Translations under genes and position numbers: made by a program | Shown here: in pieces, positions 37,767 through 46,821 of the stretch | How the letters are laid out: each line of letters opens with the position of its first letter | Position numbering within the stretch: position 1 is the first letter of the stretch | The notes under the pieces: model-generated | What the model was told of the DNA's origin: nothing | What the model saw: the letters and a program-made list of their open reading frames with translations, nothing else | Databases searched by the model: none | Assembly (NCBI GenBank): GCA_965116445.1 | Contig: OZ220688.1 | Coordinates: forward strand, 1,349,149 to 1,413,148 | Direction of reading: 5' to 3' | Source: Thermoanaerobaculia bacterium | Lineage (GTDB): Bacteria; Acidobacteriota; Thermoanaerobaculia; Multivoradales; Multivoraceae | Length of the DNA: 64,000 nt

Positions 37767-38902
37767 GCGCCGAGTACCAGGCCGTTCTTTGGAACCGCAA
37801 CAAGAAGCTCTACGACCTGGCCATCGCCACCGGAGTCGTGGTCTTCCTAGGTCTGTTCGTCGGCATCGGCATCGCAACCCGACCCCAGGCGACGATCGAG
37901 ACCCTGCTGATTCGCGGTTTCGGCGCCGGCGCCCTGCTGCTGCTCCACGTCGTGCTCGCCATCGGGCCGCTGTGCCGGCTGGACCGACGCTTCCTGCCCC
38001 TGCTCTACAACCGGCGCCACCTGGGTGTCTCCATGTTCCTGCTGGCTCTGGCTCACGGCGGATTCGCCGTCGTCCAGTTTCACGGCCTGGGCGTACTGAA
38101 CCCCCTGGTCAGCGTGCTGGCGAGCAACGGGAGATACGACAGCCTGTCGCAGTTCCCGTTTCAGGCGCTCGGCCTGCTGGCGCTCGCGATCCTCTTCCTG
38201 ATGGCGGCGACCTCGCACGACTTCTGGCTCGCGAACCTGACGGCGCCGGTCTGGAAGTCGCTCCACATGCTGGTCTACGCGGCCTACGGACTGATCCTCG
38301 TCCACGTGGCGCTGGGCAGCCTTCAGGCCGCCGAGCGACCGCCGATCCTCGCCGCCCTGCTGGGACTCGGATTCGCGTGCATCGCCTCGCTGCACCTGGT
38401 CGCCGGCTGGCGGGGCCGACTCTCGTCTCCGGAACGCGGCAGAGCGGCCAACGGGGACGATACGGCGAACGCGATGGACGCTGTCGACGTCTGCGCGGTC
38501 ACCGACATCCCGCTCGACCGCGCCCGCATCTTCCTGCTCGCCGGCGAACGCGTCGCCGTCTTCCGCTACCGGACGGACAAAGGCGAGTGGCTCGCCGCCG
38601 TCTCGAACGTCTGCCAGCACCAGAACGGGCCACTCGGCGAAGGCCGGGTCCTCGACGGCTGGATCACCTGCCCCTGGCACGGCTACCAGTACCGGCCCGA
38701 GGACGGCTGCTCGCCCCCGCCTTTCACCGAGAAGATCCCCACGTTCCACGTCCGCGTCGAGAACGGCCGGGTACTGGTCGATCCGCGGCCGAATCCGCCC
38801 GGTACGCGGGCGGAACCGGCGCGGGTCGCCGCTGCCGAAGGCCGGCTGGGTCGGCCTTCCAGCCGGCACTCCGGGGATCGCCGCCTCGGGGGTTCCTCGT
38901 GA
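37763..38902 (+). CDS. Ferric-reductase-like transmembrane (di-heme b) domain fused to a C-terminal Rieske [2Fe-2S] domain
   Basis: 6 TM helices with conserved His pairs (LLLLHVVLAIGP ... LALAHGGFAV ... LHMLVYAAYGLILVHV), then CQHQNGPLGEG ... CPWHGYQY (Rieske CxH...CxxH). GTGA overlaps at both ends. Confidence 0.6.
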   Translation: MSAEYQAVLWNRNKKLYDLAIATGVVVFLGLFVGIGIATRPQATIETLLIRGFGAGALLLLHVVLAIGPLCRLDRRFLPLLYNRRHLGVSMFLLALAHGGFAVVQFHGLGVLNPLVSVLASNGRYDSLSQFPFQALGLLALAILFLMAATSHDFWLANLTAPVWKSLHMLVYAAYGLILVHVALGSLQAAERPPILAALLGLGFACIASLHLVAGWRGRLSSPERGRAANGDDTANAMDAVDVCAVTDIPLDRARIFLLAGERVAVFRYRTDKGEWLAAVSNVCQHQNGPLGEGRVLDGWITCPWHGYQYRPEDGCSPPPFTEKIPTFHVRVENGRVLVDPRPNPPGTRAEPARVAAAEGRLGRPSSRHSGDRRLGGSS

Positions 38903-39897
38903 CCGGCGATCGCCAGGACGAACTGTACGTCGGCTACCTCGACGAGACGCCGCCCAGCGTGGCGCGGTTTGTGCGCCGTATCGCGATCGGCCTCCTGCTG
39001 CTGGCCGTGGTCCTGGGCGCCGGTCTTGCGCTGCTGCTCGAGCCGTTCGACGAAGGAGTGTTCGAGTACGGCACGGTGAGAGACTACGAGGGAGAACTGC
39101 TCGTCGATCCACATCCCCGGCTGCTCACGGCCGATGGACCGGCTCAGGGCTATCTGCTGGTTGGGGTCGGAAAGCACGGACTGGACGTGAATCTGGAGTC
39201 CAACCCGCCCTGGTCGCCCTCGCTCTCCTGGAGTACCGCGCTTTCGGGCTCGCTGATCGAGAACCGGGACGCGGCGATGCTCGAGGTCCACGTGCTCGAG
39301 CCTCCCGAGAGAACCGCCGTGGCTGGGCCCGCCGTCGAATCGGGCGCTCCAGCAAGTCCGGCAACCGACCGGGAGCGGCTCGACACCGAGGGCCCTCACC
39401 CTTCATCCGACGCGATCCCGGGGCCGCCGAACGCAGCAGCCAACGTCGTTCGCCTGCGCGGGCAGACCTTGCTGGGCGAAATCGTCGACACGAAGTGCTA
39501 TCTGGGCGCGATGAAGCCGGGCCGGGGCAAAGCCCACCGGGGCTGCGCCTCGCTCTGCATCAGCGGCGGCATTCCGGCCGCGCTCCTGGTCCGAACGGAA
39601 GACGGCAAGCGGGAACTGGTCCACCTCGTGGACCTCGGCGGCCGGCCATTGGGACGCGAGATCCTCGACTGGGTCGGCCAGCCGGTCGAAGTCACCGGCT
39701 TCCTGCATCGCCAGGACGACCGCCTCTTCCTGGCGACCGCCATATCCGACGGGAGCTCCGCGGCGACGACCATTCGCCCCTACCCCGCGGCCGAGTTCCC
39801 CGGCGCCGAGGCGGTCCTCGATCGACCCGGCCCGCCGAACGAACGCTCGCGCAAGTCCGGCAGCGGCGCCCCCGGACCGGAGGGGCGCCCAGGATGA
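38899..39897 (+). CDS. Membrane-anchored hypothetical protein (N-terminal TM, about 280-aa extracytoplasmic region)
   Basis: GTGA start overlap. Single TM IAIGLLLLAVVLGAGLALLL. C-terminal Cys pair CYLGAMKPGRGKAHRGCASLCISGG. No family recognised. Confidence 0.45.
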   Translation: MTGDRQDELYVGYLDETPPSVARFVRRIAIGLLLLAVVLGAGLALLLEPFDEGVFEYGTVRDYEGELLVDPHPRLLTADGPAQGYLLVGVGKHGLDVNLESNPPWSPSLSWSTALSGSLIENRDAAMLEVHVLEPPERTAVAGPAVESGAPASPATDRERLDTEGPHPSSDAIPGPPNAAANVVRLRGQTLLGEIVDTKCYLGAMKPGRGKAHRGCASLCISGGIPAALLVRTEDGKRELVHLVDLGGRPLGREILDWVGQPVEVTGFLHRQDDRLFLATAISDGSSAATTIRPYPAAEFPGAEAVLDRPGPPNERSRKSGSGAPGPEGRPG

Positions 39898-40745
39898 ACG
39901 CCAGGGTCGTGAACGCAAGTCCCTCAGAGGGCGGCATCGACCGAAGTGGCGGCCCGATTCCCAGCCCCGAACTCCTGCCCGACGGCCAGATCGAGGTCGG
40001 CAGCTATCGGCTCCGGTTTGCACGCACGGCGGCCGACATCGACCGGCTGCTGGCGCTGCGCTTCGAGGTCTTCAACCTGGAACTCGGCGAGGGCCTTACG
40101 GAGTCCTTCGCCACCGGCCGCGACACGGATCGTTTCGACGCGAGCTGCCACCACATGCTGGTCGAGGAAGAGAACGGCCAGCTCATCGGCACCTACCGCA
40201 TGCAGACGGCGGCCATGGCCGCGCGCGGTCATGGCTTCTACTCGGCCGGCGAGTACGAACTGGACGCCATACCCGGAAGCGTCCTCGATCAGTCGGTCGA
40301 GATCGGCCGCGCCTGCATCCACCGCGAACACCGCAAGCGCACGGTGCTGTTCCTGCTCTGGAAGGGCCTGGCCCGGTACCTCGTCCACAACCGCTGCCGC
40401 TACCTGTTCGGCTGCTGCTCCCTGACCAGCCAGGATCAGGCGGCCGGCATCCGGCTCTACCGGCAACTCAATGCGGCCGGCAAGGTGATGACCGACCTCG
40501 ACGTGCCTCCCCTGCCCCACACCCGCTGCGAGGCGACCGACGATCAGGTAGCCGCAATCCCCGACATCAAGGTGCCGCCGCTCTTCGCCACCTATCTCCG
40601 CTACGGCACCCTGGTGTGCAGCCGCCCGGCGATCGACCGGGAGTTCAAGACGATCGACTACCTGGTCCTGATGGACACGGCCGCGTTGAGCCGGCGCACG
40701 CGGTTGATCTTCGGGCTCAACGAAGCGCCGGCGGCGGCGCTCTAG
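39894..40745 (+). CDS. olsB: OlsB/GlsB-family N-acyltransferase (GNAT Acetyltransf_5; lyso-aminolipid / N-acyl amino acid synthase)
   Basis: ATGA overlap with the upstream gene. SYRLRFARTAADIDRLLALRFEVFNLELGEG and GTYRMQT ... RKRTVLFLLWKGLARYL are hallmarks of OlsB-like hemolysin-type N-acyltransferases. Confidence 0.7.
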   Translation: MNARVVNASPSEGGIDRSGGPIPSPELLPDGQIEVGSYRLRFARTAADIDRLLALRFEVFNLELGEGLTESFATGRDTDRFDASCHHMLVEEENGQLIGTYRMQTAAMAARGHGFYSAGEYELDAIPGSVLDQSVEIGRACIHREHRKRTVLFLLWKGLARYLVHNRCRYLFGCCSLTSQDQAAGIRLYRQLNAAGKVMTDLDVPPLPHTRCEATDDQVAAIPDIKVPPLFATYLRYGTLVCSRPAIDREFKTIDYLVLMDTAALSRRTRLIFGLNEAPAAAL

Positions 40746-40794
40746 CTCCGGCACACGACTTGCTTCGCGGCGTTCTTCGGCGCAAGCTCCCGGG

Positions 40795-41661
40795 ATGCAG
40801 CCGAGAACCAGCAACCCCCCGCTGCTTGGGCCCCTCCGGCTCTGGCGGTTGATCTGGCGGGCGCCGGCTCTGCTGGTCGCGGCCCTGACCGCCTGGCTCC
40901 CGCTGCTCGTTCTGCGACCCCTCCTGGCACGACCGGCGCCCCGATCCTGGCGAGCCGTCCTCCGCACCGTGCTCCGGTGCTGGGGACGCACAAGTCTCGC
41001 GATCCTCGGCTGCAGGGTGACCGTACGCGGCAAGGCGCCCAAGAGTCCCTTCCTGCTCATCTCGAACCACATCTCATACCTCGACATTCTTCTGCTTTCG
41101 GCCTTCACGCCCGGCCTCTTCGTGTCCAAGGCGGAGATTCGGAGCTGGCCGGTGGCCGGCGCCATGTGCCGGACGGTAGGCATCATCTTCGTCGACCGCC
41201 GCCGGCGCCGGGACGTGACGCGCGTCGGCGAGCAGATCGCCGCAGCGCTCGCGGACGGCGACTCCGTGATCCTGTTCCCCGAAGGGACGTCGACACCCGG
41301 CCGAGAGGTGACGCCACTCAAGCCGTCCCTGCTGGCGCCGGCCGCCGGGCAGGAGCTCGCCGTGCACTGGGCCGTCATCCGCTACCGGACGCCGCCCGAC
41401 GAGACGCCCGCCTTCCTGAGCGTTGCCTGGTGGGGAGAGATGCCCATGGTGCCCCACGCCCCCGACCTGCTCAGGCTCCGGCGCATCGACGCGGAAATCG
41501 AGTTCGGCGAAGAGCCGGTGCGGTGCGCCGACCGCAAGGAGCTCGCCCGCCTCCTGCGCGAGCGGATGGCGGACCGGTTCCGGCCGATGGTCTCGAGCGA
41601 GGAACTCGCGGCCATCGGCGACCTCCACGGCCCCGTCGGGATTCCCGAACGCCGCGACTGA
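40795..41661 (+). CDS. olsA: OlsA/PlsC-family lysolipid O-acyltransferase (LPLAT)
   Basis: ISNHISYLD (HX4D), FPEGTS motif and N-terminal TM. Immediately downstream of the olsB-like gene, as in olsBA / glsBA pairs. Confidence 0.7.
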   Translation: MQPRTSNPPLLGPLRLWRLIWRAPALLVAALTAWLPLLVLRPLLARPAPRSWRAVLRTVLRCWGRTSLAILGCRVTVRGKAPKSPFLLISNHISYLDILLLSAFTPGLFVSKAEIRSWPVAGAMCRTVGIIFVDRRRRRDVTRVGEQIAAALADGDSVILFPEGTSTPGREVTPLKPSLLAPAAGQELAVHWAVIRYRTPPDETPAFLSVAWWGEMPMVPHAPDLLRLRRIDAEIEFGEEPVRCADRKELARLLRERMADRFRPMVSSEELAAIGDLHGPVGIPERRD

Positions 41662-41721
41662 CGGGGCGCGGATGCGGCAGCCATCGCACGACGAACCGGC
41701 GGTCCGCCGCATGGTCGAACG

Positions 41722-44394
41722 GTGACGAGAGACGATCGACTGCGGCCGCAACGGGCGACCTGGTGGAAGATCGCGACCGCGGTCTACCTCGTCCTGCTGC
41801 TGGGCTCGACGCTGACGCGCATCGTCGCCGAACCGGATCCGCTGCCCCGGGGCCGGGAGACGACGGAAATCGACTCGTCGGCAACCGCTGACCGACCAGT
41901 CCGCATGGCGTGGCGGGAGTGGGGCGAGCCGGTCGCCGCCGACGCCCCGGGCGAAGACGCCCTGCCGCTCGTCCTCCTCCACGGATCGCCAGGCAGCGCC
42001 GACGACTTCCGGCGCCTGGCGCCCCACCTGGCTTCAGGGCGCCGCATCATCGCTCCCGACCTCCCTGGATTCGGCGCCTCCGAGCAGCGGGTGAACGACT
42101 ACTCGATCCGCGCCCATGCCGAGGCGACCCTCGCCCTGCTCGACGAACTCGGCGTGGGGCGTTTCCACGTCCTCGGCTTCAGCATGGGCGGCGGCCCCGC
42201 CCTGCACCTGGCGGACAACGCTTCGGACCGCGTCGCGTCCGTGGTGCTCGTCGCCTCGGTCGGCGTTCAGGAGCTCGAACTGCTCGGCAACTACACGGTG
42301 AACCACGGCCTGCACGGTTTGCAGCTCGGCCTGATCCGGGGCCTGCGCAACCTGGTCCCCCACTTCGGCGCCTTCGATCAGCCGATCGCCCACTCCTACG
42401 CCCGCAACTTCTACGACACGGACCAGCGGCCTCTGCGCGGCATCCTCAAGACCCTGGAAGCGCCGGTCTTCATCGTCCACGGCGAGCAGGATCCGCTCGT
42501 GCCGGCCGCCGCGGCGCTGGAGCACCACCGGATCGTGCCTCACAGCGAGCTGTGGATGCGGCCGGACAGCCACTTCTTCCTGTTTCGCGGCGGCGGGGAC
42601 CTCGCGTCCCGGATCGACGGGTTCCTGGAACGCGTCGAAGCCGGCGAAGCGCCGACCCTGGCCTTTGCCACGCCGGAGCGGCTGCGCCGGGCGGCGATGC
42701 CGTTCGACGACATGGACCTGCCGCCGTTTGCCGGGCCGGCCCTGCTGATCGTCTTCCTGCTCCTCGTGTTCGCCGCGTACCTGAGCGAGGATCTGACCTG
42801 CATCACGGCGGGCCTGCTGATCGCACAAGGGCGCCTCGACTTCCCGGTCGGCGTGGCGGCCTGCTACCTCGGCATCCTGAGCAGCGACCTGGGCCTCGCC
42901 TGGCTGGCGCGCGTTCTGGGCCGGCCCGCGCTCAGGCTGCCGCCCTTCAAGTGGTGGGTCAGCGAAGCGGCCGTCGAGGAGGCTTCGGCATGGCTGCGGC
43001 GCCGGGCGCTCGTCGTCGTCCTGGTCAGCCGCTTCCTGCCCGGCACGCGCCTGCCGACCTGCCTCGCCGCCGGCATCCTGCGCACCAGCCTGCTCCGGTT
43101 CTGCTTCTACTTCGGCGTCGCCGTGGCGATCTGGACGCCCGCCTTCGTCGGTCTGAACGTGCTGCTGGGCCGCGAGGCCGTCGAGCGCTTCGGCGGCCGT
43201 CTGCCCGGCGGCCTGCTGGCGGCAGTGCTGGCGCTGGGGCTCGTGATCCTCAGCGTCCGCACCTTCGTCCTGCCGCTCTTCACTTGGCGCGGGCGTCGGC
43301 TGCTGCGCGGCCGGCTGCTCCGCATCCGGCACTGGGAGTTCTGGCCCATGTGGGTGTTCTACCCGCCGCTCGTGCTCTACATCCTGTGGCTCGGTCTCCG
43401 GCGCGGCAGCCTCGCGGCGTTCACCGCGGTCAATCCGGCGATGCCGCTGGGCGGCCTGCAGGGCGAGTCGAAGAGCGACATTCTGGACGGCCTGGCCGGA
43501 ATCGGCGAGGCGTTACCGGCATGGACGCGCCTGCCGCCGGGGAAGCCTGAGGGTTTGCCGACGAGGAACGCACTGCCTTTACCAACGGAGAACCTGGCGA
43601 CACGGGTCGCGGCCCTGCAGCGGTTCCTGCGGGACGAGGATCTGGACTACCCGGTCGTCCTCAAGCCGGACACCGGCGAGCGGGGACGCGGTATCGCCGT
43701 GGCGCACTCGGAAGCCGAAGCGATCGCGTTCTTCGAGGCGACTCCCGGACCGGCGCTCGTGCAGGAGTACGTGGCAGGCGAAGAGTACGGCGTGTTCTGG
43801 GCCCGCCACCAGGGCCGACGTGACGGGCAGGTCTTCTCGATCACGCACAAGGTGCGGCCGACCGTGACGGGCGACGGCGCCAGCACCCTGGAACGGTTGA
43901 TCCTCGAGGACCGGCGAGCGGTAGCCATCGCGCACCTCTACCGGCGGGAACACCCCCAGGCCGCGAAGCGCGTACCCGAAGCCGGCGAAGTCGTCGAACT
44001 GACCGAGGTCGGCGCGCACTCCCGCGGCACGATCTTCCTGGACGCGAACGATCTCCACACCCCGGAACTGGAACGGGCGATCAACACGATCAGCACTGCC
44101 TACGCAGGCTTCGACTTCGGCCGCTTCGACATACGCGTCCCGACCGCCAAGGCGCTCCAGCGTGGCGAGGGAATCCGGGTGCTCGAAGCGAACGGCGTGA
44201 CCTCGGAAGCGACCCACATGTACGACCGCCGCTACGGCTTCTTCGCCGCCCACGCGATCCTGCGCCGGCAGTGGCGGAAGGCCTTCGACCTCGCCGACGA
44301 GCGCATCCGTGCGGGCGCCCGGCCCGCGAGTGTGAGCGAAGTCCTCCGCGCCATTCGGGCCGAACGACGAGCCAGGAACGAAGGGCCGCACTGA
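41722..44394 (+). CDS. 890-aa tri-domain fusion: alpha/beta-hydrolase + DedA/SNARE-associated membrane domain + ATP-grasp ligase (RimK/Ddl-like)
   Basis: N-terminus: LVLLHGSPGSADDF ... LGFSMGG ... HGEQD ... H (Ser-Asp-His triad). Middle: LTCITAGLLIAQGRLDF ... VSRFLPGTRLPTCLAAGIL (DedA) plus extra TMs. C-terminus: YPVVLKPDTGERGRGIAV ... LVQEYVAGEEYGV ... FGRFDIRV ... RVLEANGVTSEATHMYD (ATP-grasp). Confidence 0.65.
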   Translation: MTRDDRLRPQRATWWKIATAVYLVLLLGSTLTRIVAEPDPLPRGRETTEIDSSATADRPVRMAWREWGEPVAADAPGEDALPLVLLHGSPGSADDFRRLAPHLASGRRIIAPDLPGFGASEQRVNDYSIRAHAEATLALLDELGVGRFHVLGFSMGGGPALHLADNASDRVASVVLVASVGVQELELLGNYTVNHGLHGLQLGLIRGLRNLVPHFGAFDQPIAHSYARNFYDTDQRPLRGILKTLEAPVFIVHGEQDPLVPAAAALEHHRIVPHSELWMRPDSHFFLFRGGGDLASRIDGFLERVEAGEAPTLAFATPERLRRAAMPFDDMDLPPFAGPALLIVFLLLVFAAYLSEDLTCITAGLLIAQGRLDFPVGVAACYLGILSSDLGLAWLARVLGRPALRLPPFKWWVSEAAVEEASAWLRRRALVVVLVSRFLPGTRLPTCLAAGILRTSLLRFCFYFGVAVAIWTPAFVGLNVLLGREAVERFGGRLPGGLLAAVLALGLVILSVRTFVLPLFTWRGRRLLRGRLLRIRHWEFWPMWVFYPPLVLYILWLGLRRGSLAAFTAVNPAMPLGGLQGESKSDILDGLAGIGEALPAWTRLPPGKPEGLPTRNALPLPTENLATRVAALQRFLRDEDLDYPVVLKPDTGERGRGIAVAHSEAEAIAFFEATPGPALVQEYVAGEEYGVFWARHQGRRDGQVFSITHKVRPTVTGDGASTLERLILEDRRAVAIAHLYRREHPQAAKRVPEAGEVVELTEVGAHSRGTIFLDANDLHTPELERAINTISTAYAGFDFGRFDIRVPTAKALQRGEGIRVLEANGVTSEATHMYDRRYGFFAAHAILRRQWRKAFDLADERIRAGARPASVSEVLRAIRAERRARNEGPH

Positions 44395-44402
44395 CCCGAG
44401 CG

Positions 44403-44972
44403 TCAGGTCCTGCGCGCTTCGACTTCTTCCATGACAGAAGGCACCGTCTTCTCGCTCGGACCGCTGTCGATGCCCTCTTGTACGGCAGTTCGAAGGGACT
44501 CCAAGTCGCCCGCTCGCGGCTCCAGTTCTTCCAGCGCCTCGAGCCGGGCTTCGATCGCGCTCAGCTTCTCGACCACCGCGTCCAGGTCCGCTTTGCCGGG
44601 AACGCCGAGCTTCTCGAGCCGGCGCTCCAGGTGTTCGTCGAGTCCCGTCCGCGCCTTGGCCTTGGTCTGCTCGAAGCCGCTCCGCGCCTTCGACTTGGTC
44701 TGCTCGAGCCCTTTCTCGGCCGCGGAACGCACCTGCTTGACCTTGACTTCCGCCTTGTCCCGCCAACCGCTCAGGGACTCCCGGCCCTGGCTCTCGACCT
44801 TCTCGCCGCGCGCAACCAGCCGGTCAAAGACCTTGGATCCGGCGTCGACCGCCTCGCCCGCCACGCCTGCGCCGGCAAGCGCCACCTTGTGGGCCGCTTC
44901 GACGGCCGAGTCGACCACCGACCGCGCCTTCAAATCGCTATCCCTGGTTTCTGCCGCGGATGCTGCTGTCAT
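44403..44972 (-). CDS. Phasin-like / coiled-coil granule-associated protein (189 aa)
   Basis: RBS GGGGAG before the ATG at 44972. Highly helical, Ala/Glu/Lys-rich with repeated KARSGFEQTKAKART segments resembling PHA phasins. The longer track ORF is rejected. Confidence 0.45.
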   Translation of the reverse strand: MTAASAAETRDSDLKARSVVDSAVEAAHKVALAGAGVAGEAVDAGSKVFDRLVARGEKVESQGRESLSGWRDKAEVKVKQVRSAAEKGLEQTKSKARSGFEQTKAKARTGLDEHLERRLEKLGVPGKADLDAVVEKLSAIEARLEALEELEPRAGDLESLRTAVQEGIDSGPSEKTVPSVMEEVEARRT

Positions 44973-45046
44973 CTCGTTTCTCCCCTCTATGTCTGTTGGG
45001 GCTTCCGACACAGCGGACCGCGATTCCTCCAGGAACTGTGGGCCCG

Positions 45047-45826
45047 CTAGGAACTGTGGGCTTCGGCGAGTCGCCGCTTCACTGTCTCGAGGGGGTTGCG
45101 GTAGTCCACCGTGCCAAGACCCTTGTTGGTCAGCTTGTAACCGATCAACTCCTGCAGCTTCTCCGGCATCTCCACGACGACGTCCCACGGCACGCCGACG
45201 TACTGGTTCTCGCGCTGCTTGAGCCACGCCAGGTTGAAGTTGAAGTTGATGGAGCGCCGATAGCCGCTGTCCGTCGAGTTCCCTCCGCCACGGTGCCAGA
45301 CGGCGCCGTCCCAGAGGAACAGGGCCCCGGCCGGCATCTCCACCGTCAACGTGGGCACGTCCGGATCGACCGGATCGGCCGAGCGATGGCTGCCGGGAAC
45401 GATCTCCGTTGCCCCGTTCTCGGCCGTGAACGGATCGAGTGCGATCAGCGTGTTGGCGATCAGGGGGAAGTGCGGGCGCGCAAGCGGGTAGTGGCCGTCG
45501 TCCTGGTGCATCCGCTGGCGACGGTCCCCCGGCCCCGGCCGCATCGCGGCGACGCCGGAGACCTGATAGTCCGGGCCGAGCACCGCCTCGACGAGCCCCA
45601 GCAGACCATCGTCCATCAGCAGTTCGTCGACGGCCCGCGTCTTGGCGAGCAGGTTGTGCGTGTGGATCGTCTGCTGACCGTAGTCGTCCGTCAGCCGGCT
45701 GCCGATTTCCTCGAACACGGGGTCGAGACCCCGCTTCAGCCGTTCCAGCCTCTCCTCGCCGAGGAAATCGGGCACCACCGTGTAGCCGTCTTCGCGAACC
45801 TGCCGTGCTGATCTCTCGATGTCCAT
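45047..45826 (-). CDS. Phytanoyl-CoA dioxygenase (PhyH) family Fe(II)/2-oxoglutarate oxygenase
   Basis: HQDDGHY ... (HxD), GATEIVPGSH, LFLWDGAVWHRGG typical of the PhyH family. Confidence 0.75.
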   Translation of the reverse strand: MDIERSARQVREDGYTVVPDFLGEERLERLKRGLDPVFEEIGSRLTDDYGQQTIHTHNLLAKTRAVDELLMDDGLLGLVEAVLGPDYQVSGVAAMRPGPGDRRQRMHQDDGHYPLARPHFPLIANTLIALDPFTAENGATEIVPGSHRSADPVDPDVPTLTVEMPAGALFLWDGAVWHRGGGNSTDSGYRRSINFNFNLAWLKQRENQYVGVPWDVVVEMPEKLQELIGYKLTNKGLGTVDYRNPLETVKRRLAEAHSS

Positions 45827-45894
45827 AACTTCCCGTGACCAGTGATCGGATTGACGTTTCGCGGGAGCGTACCAAAGGGAGTAGCCTTCACTCC

Positions 45895-46800
45895 ATGAGA
45901 AGAGATACGGCGTATCGCCGACCGATGTTCCGCGCCGTCCTGGCGACGCTGATCGCGTTCGTCGCCTTCACCGGCGTCTACGCGCAAAGTGACGCCTCTA
46001 CCGAGTCCTTCACGGCGAGCGACGGCGCCGTCATTCACTACCTGGTCGAAGGGCGCGGCGACCCCGTCGTGCTCCTCCACGGCATCACCGGCACGGCCGC
46101 CTCGAACTGGGGCGCCGCCGGCATCATCGACCGGCTGGCCGAGGAGTTCCAGGTCATCGCCGTCGACCAGCGCGGCCACGGCAAGAGCGACAAGCCGCAC
46201 GACCCGGACAGCTACGGCGAGCGCATGGCGCTGGATGTCGTCGATCTGCTGGATCACCTGAGGCTGCAGCAGGCGAACGTCGTCGGCTACTCGATGGGCG
46301 GCTTCATCACGATGAAGCTCATCGCCCTCGCGCCCGACCGGCTGCTCTCGGCAGTCGTCGGCGGCGCCGGCTGGTCCAGCCCCGACCTGCGCGACGACGC
46401 CATGTTCGACGCCCTGGCGGTTTCGCTCGAGGCGGGCAAGGGCGGCGGTCCCCTGGTCGAGTTCCTGTGGCCCGGCGAGGAACCGCCTGGCCCCGAGCAG
46501 GTTCAGGCCATCGGCCTGGCGATGGTTGCCTCGAACGACCAGGCGGCCCTGGCAGCCGTCGTCCGCGGCATGCCCGCCCTCGACGTGAGCGCCGAGCTCC
46601 TCCGCATCAACAAGGTGCCGACCCTCAACATCATCGGCAGCAACGATCCCCTGAAGCCCAACGCTGACGCCCTCGTCTCTGTCATGCAGGAGCACCGCCT
46701 CCACGTGATCGAAGGCGCGAACCACATGAACACCCTGAACTCCCCCGAGTTCTACGACACGATCCGCGCCTTCTTCATCGAACTCTGCAACTGCGCCTGA
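45895..46800 (+). CDS. Alpha/beta-hydrolase fold protein, secreted
   Basis: Signal peptide. VVLLHGITGT ... VGYSMGGF (GxSxG) ... AVDQRGHGKSD. Start ambiguous (45835, 45895 or 45925). Confidence 0.65.
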   Translation: MRRDTAYRRPMFRAVLATLIAFVAFTGVYAQSDASTESFTASDGAVIHYLVEGRGDPVVLLHGITGTAASNWGAAGIIDRLAEEFQVIAVDQRGHGKSDKPHDPDSYGERMALDVVDLLDHLRLQQANVVGYSMGGFITMKLIALAPDRLLSAVVGGAGWSSPDLRDDAMFDALAVSLEAGKGGGPLVEFLWPGEEPPGPEQVQAIGLAMVASNDQAALAAVVRGMPALDVSAELLRINKVPTLNIIGSNDPLKPNADALVSVMQEHRLHVIEGANHMNTLNSPEFYDTIRAFFIELCNCA

Positions 46801-46821
46801 CGACGCAGGCAAGTTCGTCGG

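Noticed and set aside
44403-45875. 490-aa minus-strand ORF covering the phasin-like gene and extending over the PhyH gene region
   Set aside because: Only the last 189 codons have an RBS and protein-like composition. The upstream part is an Arg/Gly-rich off-frame read that overlaps the PhyH gene.
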